NCBI GenBank assembly: GCA_049999805.1
Contig: JBNGIO010006384.1
Location: 1 to 64,000 of the forward strand
Length of the DNA: 64,000 nt
Direction of reading: 5' to 3'
Origin: Folioceros fuciformis
Taxonomy: Eukaryota
Within the stretch, counting starts at the first letter, position 1. Each line of letters opens with the position of its first letter. Made by a program: the position numbers and the translations under genes. The notes beneath the pieces are model-generated. The model did not search any database. It worked only from the letters and a program-made list of their open reading frames with translations, and had not been told where the DNA came from. Positions 52,312-64,000 of the stretch are shown piece after piece.

Positions 52312-54855
52312 CGGGTGAGCAGCAATTCGTCTCCTTGCCCCAGGGGGTGCTTCCCAAGCTTTACAGGCGAGCCATTATCCTCATCCTGTGTCTTCCTTGT
52401 TTGACGTTTTTGGCTTGAAGCACATCACAACATGGGCATTGGCCAACGTGGCACCAACGATTCCTGATGTTGTTGGCTGCGGTAGCGTGTTGGCAGACAG
52501 CTAGCTGCATCCCACTTCGGCTCCCTGTTGTGTCTGCCTTCCAGTATATTCCCCTTCCGCCCTTGTTACACAAATCGATATTTTGTAGTCTTCTTTATTT
52601 CTTCTCTGCTGCATTGAAACGGCTTTTAGGACCCGATCCGTATTTTTACGAAAATAACACGTGAACTTCTAATGTAAAGTTATGTGTGTGGTCTCGCACA
52701 TACATATAAGGTGAAGCTGAAGTGTGCTGTATGACGTAAGTGTGGAATGCCAAGAGAGGGGACGTGCAATGCTTCTCCCAAGGGTGCTTCTCCCAAGGGT
52801 GCTTCTCTCGGGAGAAGCACCTCTAGGACTAAGACATTGGGCTTGCTCGCTGTTCATTTTTTTAGAGAAAAAAAAATGGCAGCCGGAGGAAGAGGGGGAT
52901 GATGTCTGAGAAGGCAACACAAGGCGCCAAGAATGGGAGGCAACCGTGGCGACTGGGCTCGTGAGTACATTACCACAATAAAGGTAAAAGGAGCATGCAA
53001 TAGGCAGTTGGGCAAGCGCTTCAGTCGAGCAACAAGAATCCGGCTTCTCCGCCAAGCCATGATGGGGGGATCCTGTGCCTGTCTGCGCAAGTCCACAATG
53101 CGGTTCTGTTTGTATCCAGCCCGCTTGTCCAGTTGACTCCAGCCCAATTCGGGATCCCGGCGGGCCCCAATTGCCAACAGTTGGAGGCTCAAGGCGAGAG
53201 CATGCAATTGTATTATATCCATCCAAGGAATGTCACTGTTTTCGGCTTGTGCGGTGACAAGATGGTGACAATACGGAACTTCACCACTGCCGAAGCACGA
53301 TGCTTGCAAGCTTTGTATGTCAGGCCTCGAACGTTCGGTAGACATGCCTGATCCAGCTTTGTCCAATCAGGTGCCGGGATCATTGCCGTCTCTAAAATGA
53401 TACTCAGCCGACACATGCAAGATTTGAGACCCCAGCTTAGGCAAGCGTGGGGTGGCCACTACCGACCACTGGCATACGTGCGATGCCCCAACACGTCGAT
53501 GCGAACCAGCTTGAGGCCTATCTGCAAGCATTTTTGCGGGGGTGGGCTCCCCGGTTTGTGGGTGATAACAGCACCCACGCTATTTGCAGCATCTCCTAAT
53601 TTCAGGGCAGCCTTTCTCGCCTTCCAGACTCCCAGTGTGCACATCATATCTGCGAGCAAGCCAAACTCCTGCAGGCTACTAGAGACAATGGAAGGATGCG
53701 CATGCATTGTGCATCCTTGCCACACATGATGGACGCCATCACGAGAGGCCGTCCTCAACCCAGTTTGCACGTCGGGAACAGGTGCAAGATCAACAGTAGA
53801 TTTGGCTGTAATCTGAGCTCTCCTCCCATTCCGAATCCCATCCCTGTGGAAACTTGCGATCTATAACCACTCGCTAGGGGACAGCTGCTGGTCGCAGCCG
53901 AGCTCTCTGAGCACAAACCCGGTCCACAAACGACTATTCTAGTGTGTGTTAGTGCACGCCAGAGTCTAGGCACTGGCAGGTTCCAGCGCTCACGTTACCC
54001 TAAACCTCGCCATTGGCTGCAGTGTCACGTCACGCCCCAGAGATTTTCCGGGCCCCACCGTCAGTATTGTAAGCGGCTTTTGTCGGCCTCAAGCTTGCAC
54101 ATGGCAGCTTGCGAGAGGTGCCCCAATCTGCACTGCTGTTTGTTGGAACCCGAGCATCCGATGTGGCGCTGCATCGCAGTGCCAGCTTCGATTTCGAGCC
54201 AACTCCCGAGCTCATGGACACGCTCGAATATGTCGCTTATGCAGCATTTCACCGCCTTTCCAGGAAACTGTGAAGCTATCAACATGCATTGCCTTGGGAA
54301 ATACAAGCTATCAACATGCATGCAGGGAGCAGTTGTTTGCCATTGGCAGGCCCACACCATCTCTTTACCGTTCCCAGTTCTCCAGTATTGCAACCGTGTG
54401 CCTCAAGGGATTAGCAACCCTCATCACAAGCTCGTAAGGCTGTGTCGTCAGCTCAGGGGCGATCTGTGAACAGAAACATGCATGTCGAAACGGGCACTGG
54501 CGCAGGCAATGACGATAAACGTCATCCGCGGTGGCAGTGGTAGCCCTCCGAACAAGCCGAACCGCAGCGGCTCGAATGTGACAGGCAATTCATGTAGCAT
54601 TTTTCTATGGTTTGCCCGCAGTATGTACGTCTTTTGTTGGGAAACCTCTGAAGGTTGTTGTCCGTTTGCGGGGACAGGCCAGGCTGGTGGCAGCAATGTC
54701 ACGCCACTCAATTCGAACATGCGCGCTAAAGGCATCCTAGGCGATCCTCCTGCGGAGAATAGCACCCACCTGGGCTATGCTTTGCATATCCAAAAAATAT
54801 TATGACAGAATCTCTTATAAAAAAAATGAAAACCATCTACCCAACAAGAAAGGCA

Positions 54856-54980
54856 ACAACCCATTCAAGGGCATTGCTACTAGGGGAGCAACCCATTTGA
54901 GAGCATCCCTACTAGGAGAACAACCCATTGAGGGGCATCCCTACCAGGGGACCAACCCATTGGGGGACATCCCTAGTAGG
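54856..54980. repeat. 4 x ~32-bp tandem array at the edge of an AT-rich TE block
   Basis: caacccatt.agggcat.cctactagg.ga repeated. Confidence 0.85.
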
Positions 54981-56688
54981 AAATTAGCCCATGTGGCAAG
55001 CATCACCCACATTGCGAAGTGCAAAATGTTGAATAGCTTACCTACCACTAGGGTTGAAGAAGCATGTTGTCATGTCCACTACATTGGCCAACACTCTCTT
55101 GTGAAGAATGGAAATCCTTGGCCACAAGAAAACAAAAACATAAGCAAGAGGAAGACTAACCCCACTCTTGCAAGTTTGATAGGCCTTGGTGTGGGCCTTG
55201 GTATAGGCCTTGACGAACATGCAGAAACCCTTGCAGTGGCCTTATAAGTGTGGATGGTAACGGGGATGATCGTGTAGCTGTCTTACACATATAAATGATT
55301 AGGTTGTATGTTCCTTATGTCTCACATTAAAACCAAACAACTTACATTTGAACTTGGGCTCCATGAGTCTTGGTCCTTACATGACCACCAAACATACCTT
55401 ATGAGCCACAACCTAATCTACACTAAGCATGGCTCAACTCAACGTAAAGGCAAGTGTGCATTACTACTCATCGACAACCCTGAAGTTCATCTAACAAGAT
55501 GTTCCCATGGACAACGTCTCCTCTCAAGAGGATCCTAATCCTTAAAAACTACCATGTCCTTATCTTGAGACCCTAAGCCCTAAAACCCATGATGAGGTTC
55601 TTGTGTCTATAAATGATGTATACATCAACAAATCCATCACACATCACCTTTATTTCTTGGCACCTCTCTCACATCTTGTGTAGAAATAAGTAATTATTTA
55701 TCATCATCTCAAACTAAGTATCATATTAGGTTAGGGTTGTTGAAGTGTTATTGTGAAACTCTCAACCGTCATGACTCTCCAGCGCCACCTTTCTTCTACC
55801 ACACACCTTAATTTACTTCTCACACAATGCCATCTCTGTATGATTGCTCGATGCTTGTACTTGCCATAACTATTTATGGTATATGAGCAATTCAATCAAT
55901 TTCATGGCAATCTAGCTTCCTATTTCAGCAGGCCTACTCAACAAGAAGAGGCGCCACCAATTCTGGCTCATGGAACTTCTTCCAACTACTGAATGTAGCA
56001 AGAAAGACAAGAGGAGATCAGAAAAATATCAGGTTTCTTGGATCTTTCGATGCCTGCTTTAATGGACTAATCCGTAGAGGAAATGACAAAGAACCATCAG
56101 TTCTGTGGGTGTCTCTTACCCCAAACATCTACACGAACATCTTGTTGCTGTAGAAATACTTGCAATAGTAGAATTTGCCATTATTCTCCTACAGCTGTTC
56201 ATCAAAGCCACCCACATTGGGATAGAAGAGAGACTCTTTCAAATCTCATAATCTCCTCATACCTGTACAAAACAAACTCCAGGCATTAGCAAAAGAAGCT
56301 TACGCATACAAAATTCGATAATTTCATGCTACACAAGCAAATAGGGAAGTTAGAACACAAGATTAAGCAGCTAGAAAACCAATTCCGTCAATTTCAAATT
56401 TCAGTAGTTACAGGATCCAAAGTGGACACACCTATTTACCCTACATGAGATCATGTAGTGTCTTACATGCCAATTACATCCAAATTGGCTTATACACCTC
56501 CTGCTGAAACTGTAGATCTTGTCTCTTACAAACAACTACCAGAGATGATTGAGATGATTCTTATAGGTCTAGCTTCTACGTTAGACTCAGATTCAACTAC
56601 CAAGGATAGCTACATCCTATAGTCTTGCTGTCTTTAAAAGAATAGCTACCAATAACCCTAGTTTTTCATTAACATCAGTATCCAAACC

Positions 56689-59138
56689 ATGGCTACTGGT
56701 TCTCCACAGACATTTAACATAGTTGGTAGCATTCTTCCTAGGGCAGAAATTAAGGACAGGGACAAATTTAATGGTATTGATTGTGCTACTTGGGAAATGA
56801 GAATGGTAGCTATCTTAGAAGAACAGGAATTAATGAATGTAGTGGATGGGACTCTAGCAAGACCTGTTACACCTACTCCTAAACCTGCTGCCCTAGTGAT
56901 AAGAGCATAGCATAAGAAGGACAAGAGGGCCAGAAACATTCTTCTTTCTGCCCTGGACAGAAACATGATGTTACATACTCAAGGCCAAACAACAGCTGCT
57001 GTAGTATGGACAGTCTTCAAAGATATGTTTTCTTCCAAAGACCCCATGGCTCACCTTAATGCCACTAGACAATTATACACAATGAGAATGAAAGAGACGG
57101 ATACCATAGAGCACTATGTGCATAGGTTTCGGACTCTAAGGGCCAAGGTTGCTTCTGCTGATCCAGACGGATCCACTCTTACTGAACTTCAAGCTGCCAA
57201 TATACTACTCTCATCTCTGCTTGCAACCTACTGTACTATAGTCAGTACTCAGGCTTCGGTATTGAGACAAGCTGCAAAAGCAGCACCTTCTAGATGTGCT
57301 CCAGCCATTACCTTATCAAAGATTATTGGAGCTTTGCTTGAAGAAGAGTCTAGCACAATAGGAACAGGCTGTGCTTCCTCCTCCCATCAACAACAGCATG
57401 TCTTGTATACCTCTAGGAGAAGAGGACGAGGCAGAGGCGGTTTGCGACCAAGACACCCCTATAGTGGACCTGGAAATAGCTCCACATCTAGACAACGGAA
57501 GGCAAAAGGCCCCTGTAACTGGTGCCACATACCTGGTCACTATGAACACGAGTGCTGATAAAAACTTGTAGGAGAGCCCCGTCGTCCTGCAACAGAAACA
57601 CATATGGTTAGATCAAACCCTAATGACAAGGCACCAACTATACTTGCAGCCTGTTTGTCACTCACCAAGGCAGAAAAATCTATGTGGTTCCTTGACTTAG
57701 GTGCAACTAACCACATCTGTCAATCAAAAGACATGTTCATGACTTATACAAAATCTGCCACTAGCCAATTCGTGCTCTTAGGTGACGACAGTGGATTATC
57801 CACATAAGAATCATGGCAAGTCTTGCTTACCCTTAATTGTGGACAGCAGGTCATCCTACTAGGAGTCCTACATGTTCCACACATGACAAAAAATCTGTTA
57901 TCAGTTCATAAGCTTACAATTGAACATCCACTGCAGTTAATTTTTAAACCATGGTCCTGCACCCTAACACCAGCAAATCAAAACTCACCTGTATTAGCAG
58001 TAGGAGTCCCATACCATGATCTCTATAGCCTGCAAATTACAACACCATAATAATTACATAAGACCAATGTTGCTGATGCAAAACCCGGTGTTAGTTCTAC
58101 TTTCCTATGGCACTGTTGCTTATGCCACCCAAGTCCAATTTTTCTAGAGAGAGTTGTTCAACATCCAGAACTGTACAAAGATGGACTTACCCTTACACTT
58201 GAAGATGGTACCTTCTGCGAGAGCTGCCAATATGGTAAGATAACACAGAAACCTTATAATGATCCTGAACCAACCAGGGCTACTACCCTGTTGGAAGTTG
58301 TCCATTCGACCATTTGTGGACCCATGTCCACACAATATCTAGGCGGAGCCATCTATTTCTTATCTTTTATGAATGAATGGAGTCATTATTGCCAGCTCTA
58401 TTATTTACATAGCCGCCAGGAGACTTATGCCAATTTTGTTAAATGTGTGGTAATGGCTGAAGCTCAAACGGGATGCACCATTAAGCATTTATGAAGTGAC
58501 AATGCCAAGGAATATGTGAGCGGAGACTTCAATGTTTCTGCAAACAAAAGGGCATAATACACTTGTTACCAGTTCCATATCATTCACCCCAAAGTCCATT
58601 TGTAGAGTGCTATAACAGGACTTTGCAAGAAAGGACAAGAGCCACACTCACTTTGGCAGGACTTACAAGGGGATCTTGGGCAGAGGCTGTGGACTCTGTC
58701 AACTATGTCACCAATAGGTTACCTCTAAAGCCTTTTTTTGACACCACACCCTTTGAGAGATGGATTGGTCACAAACCTCGTGTTAGTCATCTCAGAATCT
58801 TCGGAGCAGCAGCCTACGCCTACATACCAGTAGACAAGCAAAGAAAGATGGACAACAAAGCCACAAAGCATATATTTGTTGGCTACTCAGATATGGTGAA
58901 AGGAGACAAGCTTTATAATCCCTCTACTAGAGAGCTATCCATAGCACGCAGTGTAAGCTTTAATGAATCCTATATCCTGCAGTCCCACGAGAAGTTAGTA
59001 TCCAGTTATGACACTCTGCCTGTAGTTACCATACATGGCCGTACACCTGTACATGAAGATAGTTTACCCTATTCATATTTAGACAGTGACCACGTGATTT
59101 TTGAGCCAAAGACAGTTGCATTTTTGCCTAGCCCCTAA
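56689..59138 (+). mobile_element. Degenerate Ty1/copia gag-protease-integrase, lacking RT/RNase H
   Basis: KFNG.DCATWEMRM, MRMKETDTIEHYV, CNWCHIPGHYEHEC, protease WFLDLGATNH, VLHVP..KNLLSV, integrase ERTRA..W.EAV..VNYV.NRLP, HLRIFG..AY. Multiple stops and frameshifts. Confidence 0.92.
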
Positions 59139-59610
59139 TCCACGTGGTCATGATAAACCCTTGCATAGTAATCCATTCAATTGGTAGTCGAATGAATTTA
59201 ATGATGTATGACTGATGTTAAGAGACTCCTAAGCTTACTAAGCTTAAGAGCATAGGTGGAGGGGAGTACGGCTCTGATGGACCTCCTTGATCTCAATCAA
59301 CCCAAGGGCATTCAAAGAAGAGGTCGAAGGGGAAAGGGAAGGAAATCAACTAAGAAACGTTTTGGCTCAAGTTCCAGACCAACACACTGACGACGAAACA
59401 TGGGACGTAGAGCAATTGGAAACGTTCTCAAGCGCAGCCTCTCCAAGCTAAGAGGCGGGAACACCCAAGGAACCAAATCCTACAGGGGGGCAAGTAAAGA
59501 TAAGGGATGTGATTATTGTCCCGATGATAGAGAGGTAAGAGTCTTAGCAGTATAAAGGATAGGAAGTGTCAATAGATAGGCGTGATAAAAGATTAAAGGT
59601 CAAGATTAAA

Positions 59611-59957
59611 TGCTGCTTACGTAGCATGAGATGACCAAGTACTTCAACAGGCAAATTCAACATTGTAGATATGAAGCGAACATGTTCATAGCAAAAGTTG
59701 ACAAATGAAATGGAGCCTCTTATAAGCATGTGCTAATGCTGCTTACGAAGCATGAGATGACCAAGTACTTCAATAGGCAAATTCAACATTGTAGATATGA
59801 AGCGAAACATGTTCATAGCAAAAGTTGGCAAATGAAATAGAGCCTCTTATAAGCATGTGCTAATGCTGCTTACGCAGCATGAGATGACCAAGTACTTCAA
59901 TAGGCAAATTCAACATTGTAGATATGAAGCGAACATGTTTATAGCAAAAGTTGGCAA
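59611..59957. repeat. ~2.7 x 126-bp tandem array
   Basis: tgctgcttacg.agcatgagatgaccaagtacttcaa.aggcaaattcaac.. at 59611, 59737 and 59864. Confidence 0.95.
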
Positions 59958-62771
59958 TCAAGCAACTATGCAAAGTTAGGGCTAGAGGATGCAAGGGCTT
60001 GATTGCCAAACTAATAGAGTTAACGTCAACATATTCTCACTAATCCGATACCATATAAGAGTAATATTAAAACATCAGTAACATGGGTGGAGGATGACAC
60101 TCCGAGATGGCATAGTCTTGTGGTGTGGGCGGGGCGGAGTTTTCTTTCCCAGCCGGGCCGAGCTATGGTTGTTGGATTGGGAAGACTGCGTGGAGTGGAT
60201 GAAGGGGGTTGCGGGAGGTAGCTTGTGCGTATGAAAAAGCATCTTCGTTTCCGTTTGGAGGCAGATCAAGTGGTCGGTGCCAAGAGCGGAGCTGGTGGTG
60301 GGGTCCACAGTGGACGGTGATGCCCACTGGGCGCTGCGCCGACCAGCGGTCGGCGGCAAAGTTGATCCAGGTCCAGCCTGGTGGCCTGGTAGCCTGGTAA
60401 GCCTGGTACTGGACGTAGCAGGAAGGCAGGTCGTGAAAAGCCAAAAGAGACGGCCGACCGGGTTCTTCACATTTTTCACTACTCGGCTCCGGTTGGGATT
60501 GTTTAACCGTTGGTAGCGGCGTAACCACCTGGCAGCCAAAGAGGGCCGTTGGGCGGAACCGCTGTCAGGCCATCTTGTTAGCCGGGAGCCCGGCCGCGGG
60601 TAGGGAAGGGACGGACGGTGGAGTTTGGACGGTGGACGGCAGGCTCGCGCGATCTTCCACTGCCCATCACGAAGCTAGCTTGCAAGTTTTTCTTGCCTTG
60701 GCTTCTGGGACCCGAGTTTTGCACCTGGTCCGGGTTGCGGTGGATGTGCATGGGCTGCATTCAGGTCTGCAGCGGAAAGGAGGAGGAGGATGGAGGAGAG
60801 AATCTGTCGTTGAGAATATAACAGCACAAATTCGGAACGTTGGAGATGACCTCATGCGCTTTCCAAGCTGGAAAGCAAGTGCGGACAAATCCTTGTGACT
60901 CGCATTTCGGGCCCTGCCACATTTCTGTCCGATTGCCACACTGGACTCGACTTCTACCACTGTACAGACCACTAGTGCTCTCCAGGGCCAGCCAGTTCTG
61001 GCAGCTGCCGTGACAGACAGTCCCTGTTGCAACGCAAGCCAAGCCCAGCCCAGCCCAGGCTTTGGACAACGTGACTGTGACTGGTGACATCCATTGTCCC
61101 GTCGCCGTCTTGTGTCCCGAATGTGCCGTGTTGGATTACACTAATCCGTGAAGGATGGTCGCGTAGTCCACAGCTACAAAGCGGTGTCCGGATCGTGCAA
61201 ATGGGTATAGCTTCGTGGGTGGTGCCCGGATTACGAGTTGGTAGTAATCCTAGACCACTCTCGTCACTGTCATCCACAGCTGGATGGCATGCACGCGTAT
61301 GGCGGCAGCAGGAGCAGCAACCGCTATACACAGAAAAGTTGCTGTTGGAAGGCATATAAAACAAGGGTGTACGCCCCTCCATGCTTTCCCACAGTCGTAT
61401 CTCTCACACAGTGTGGAAGAGGTCTCGCATCATGTCGTTGCCGTCGTCAGGAGGAGAGCGAGCGCTGGGCGCCTTAGACTCTTGGGCACCGGGAAGACAG
61501 GGCAGGCGTGTTCCAAATTTCTCTCGCTCTCACTGCAGAAAAGGCGACAGACAGGTGGGATGTCAGTTCCTTTGCGTACCACCAATACAGCTAGGACAGG
61601 GTACCGTATACATTGTCATGAGAGCATGTGCAGCAGGCTTGCAAGCATCATCTGGCTCTGGCATGTAGTAGAACCCAGCCCAGCATCGTCCAGTGGCACG
61701 CCTTCCTTTCCTACTCATGGGCTGGGCTGCTGCCCCGGTTCGACTACATCGATCATCGATCAACTCCTCTGCAAGGCCGCAACCTGGGATCCCAATTAGC
61801 CACACATCTTGTGGCCCTAACCAGGGACAGCATCACTCCATCCGGGTGCCAGCTAGATACCATGTGTGCTGCTGCTGCTTTTGTGTACCATGCACTAGGT
61901 TTTGTTCCCGGATGAGAATCAAATTACGCAAACGAAAATTGTACCTCCTGACGGCGAGAGGGAGGCCACCAGGCTAGGGAATCTTTGAAGGTAGCAGCAG
62001 TGCAGTAAACGGCTATGGCACTCCAATTCTCTCCCACTCCACTTCGCTCCACTCCAGCCCACCGCCCACCTGGGTCCCCACACCTGGCCGCACGCTCCGG
62101 GCCCTGTCTGGTCTCCCAAGCCCCGGCCCCCCTGGGCCAGCAATCGTGAGACACCAGCTTTCACCCCAGCACGAGTGCTTCTTCCTTTACTCTCTCTTCC
62201 ATCTCTCTGCGTCCTGGCCTGGGCTGGGCTGGGCTGGCAACCGAGCCAGACCTGAGGGCCTTGGGCAGCAGCAGCAGCTTGCACTGCGCTCTCGGGTGCA
62301 GCACTGCACACTGCAGAGGGCAGAAGCGCAGGGCTCGTTCGAATCATCATGACGATGAGGAGCGGGGCAGGCCGCTGGAGCAGCTAGGAGAGCGGGCGTG
62401 ATAGATGGGCCCCAGATGGGCGAGGGCGAGCCGAGCCCCCTTCTCTCTAACCATGGCTGGCCCAGCTTCTGCTCCTTCTCCTTCTGCCAGTGCTGTTGCC
62501 GCGGTTGCCCCCCACCGTCCCCCGCTCCCCGTACGTCCTTATCTATACCTCCCCCCCATTCCTCCACCCCGCCAGTGCCGAGCTCCACGCCTCAACACCA
62601 CAGCTGGTCGCTCACCTCCTGCGCCTCCCCGCTCAGCCTCCCTCACCTTCCTCTTCCTCGCTCGCACGCAGCTCCGCCCGCAATTCGGTGTCATCTGTCT
62701 CGGCTGTCTCACTGCTGGGTCGTGAAGAAAGCAGTCTGTGTAGAGCCTGAGTGCGGGTGAAAGAGGTCGCT

Positions 62772-63921
62772 ATGGCCGCCAAGGAAAACCTGGAGGAGGG
62801 ATTCGTGCAGAAGGATTACCAGGACCCGCCCCCGGCCTCGCTAGTGGACGCGGCCGAGCTCTCCTCCTGGTCCTTCTGGAGGGCCGTCATCGCCGAGTTC
62901 ATCTCCACCTTCCTCTTCCTCTATATCACAATCGCCACAGTCATCGGCTACAAGACGCAGGTGAAAAACGCAGACGAACAAAACAAGTCATCAGCCGGGG
63001 TGGGCATCGAGGGCATTGCGTGGGCCTTCGGGGGCATGATCTTCGTGCTCGTCTACAACACCGCTGGAATCTCAGGTAGGAACAACTACCCAACAACCCT
63101 TTGACATTACGGCCATGGCCTGGCTGCATTCCGACAGCTAGCATTCCGCCACCCGCATGGCACATTGCTCCTCCATGGAGTGTCTCTTCCTCCACGGAAT
63201 GTCTGGGGTGCTCGTCAGCAGCATCAGTTTGTGGAAAGCAGAGCCACCGGCGACGACAGCTCAGCGTGGTGCACGTGACCACATTGCTCATGCTGGATGC
63301 TTCGTGCTGCTGGTGTGCAGGAGGACACATCAACCCGGCAGTCACGTTCGGCCTCTTCCTCGCCCGCAAGGTTTCTCTGCCTCGCGCCGTCCTCTACATC
63401 ATCGCCCAGAGCCTGGGCGCCATATCCGGCGCAGGGCTCGTCAAGGCCTGGCAGACGGAGCGCTTCAACGAGTTCGAGGGAGGAGCCAACCGGGTTGCGC
63501 ATGGATACACAATCGGCACGGGCTTGGGAGCTGAGATCGTAGGCACCTTCGTCCTCGTCTACACCGTCTTCTCCGCCACCGACCCCAAGAGGAACGCTCG
63601 CGACTCCCACGTCCCGGTACGCCCTCACGTCGCCATTGCCACGAGTCCTGCACCCACTTCCTCTCACCACGCCCACTCACTCACCCCCTCTTTCTGATGT
63701 TGTACTCCTCCTTCCCAACGTTTTCGCCTCTCGTGCTTCTTCTCCCTGATATGGTGTTCCGGCCTTCCTCCTCCATCCAGGTTCTGGCTCCCCTTCCCAT
63801 CGGATTCGCAGTCTTCATCGTCCACCTTGCCACCATCCCCATCACCGGGACTGGCATCAACCCAGCCCGTAGCCTGGGCTCCGCTGTCATCATCAACCGT
63901 GACGAAATCTGGGACGATCAC
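62772..63921 (+). CDS. Plasma-membrane intrinsic protein (PIP aquaporin, short PIP2-like N-terminus); last exon lies beyond the window
   Basis: [76 protein letters not shown]. Exons 62772-63075, 63321-63616 and 63781-63921. Confidence 0.96.
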
Positions 63922-64000
63922 GTAAGCTAGCTGCTCTCCCCAAGTTGCGTTGCAGCGTGCAAGCCCTGTGGGTCTCTGCAATTCCAGCTCTACAGCTCAC

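Noticed and set aside
60040-60075. Minus-strand TGGTATC as a tRNA-Met primer-binding site
   Set aside because: Only 7 nt match, there is no adjacent LTR ending in CA that I can pair, and the orientation is opposite to the nearby copia.
61037-62240. Inverted (GCCCA)n/(TGGGC)n motifs ~1.2 kb apart as MITE termini
   Set aside because: Low-complexity pentamer repeats with no TSD; more likely site II-like promoter motifs upstream of the PIP.

Overview
Eukaryotic nuclear DNA from a gene-dense land plant with short (mostly ~70-200 bp) GT-AG introns. By inference it is a non-seed plant with a compact genome, possibly a hornwort. Recognisable housekeeping genes: RNA Pol I subunit RPA12, a HAK/KUP K+ transporter, plastid rubredoxin, a conserved uncharacterised type-II membrane protein, PDK1 (with a U12-type intron), cytosolic TPI, ACINUS, IRE1, MinD, a plastid-targeted unknown protein, an ankyrin-TPR protein, an intronless purH, PIG-L and a PIP aquaporin that runs off the right edge. 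These are interrupted by decayed Ty1/copia elements (a nested pair at 0.5-2.7 kb and another at ~56.7-59.1 kb). The most unusual part is an ~12 kb AT-rich island (31.2-43 kb). It carries a ~4-4.4 kb direct duplication of a MYND-finger + DUF4470-like gene (one intact copy, one pseudogene) whose motifs recall fungal-type proteins, together with several tandem-repeat arrays and a perfect hairpin. Other notable points: the very tight co-oriented ANK-TPR/purH/PIG-L trio, a PIP lacking two conserved cysteines, and a candidate RRLL-type secreted peptide. All calls come from reading the sequence by eye; no database searches were run.
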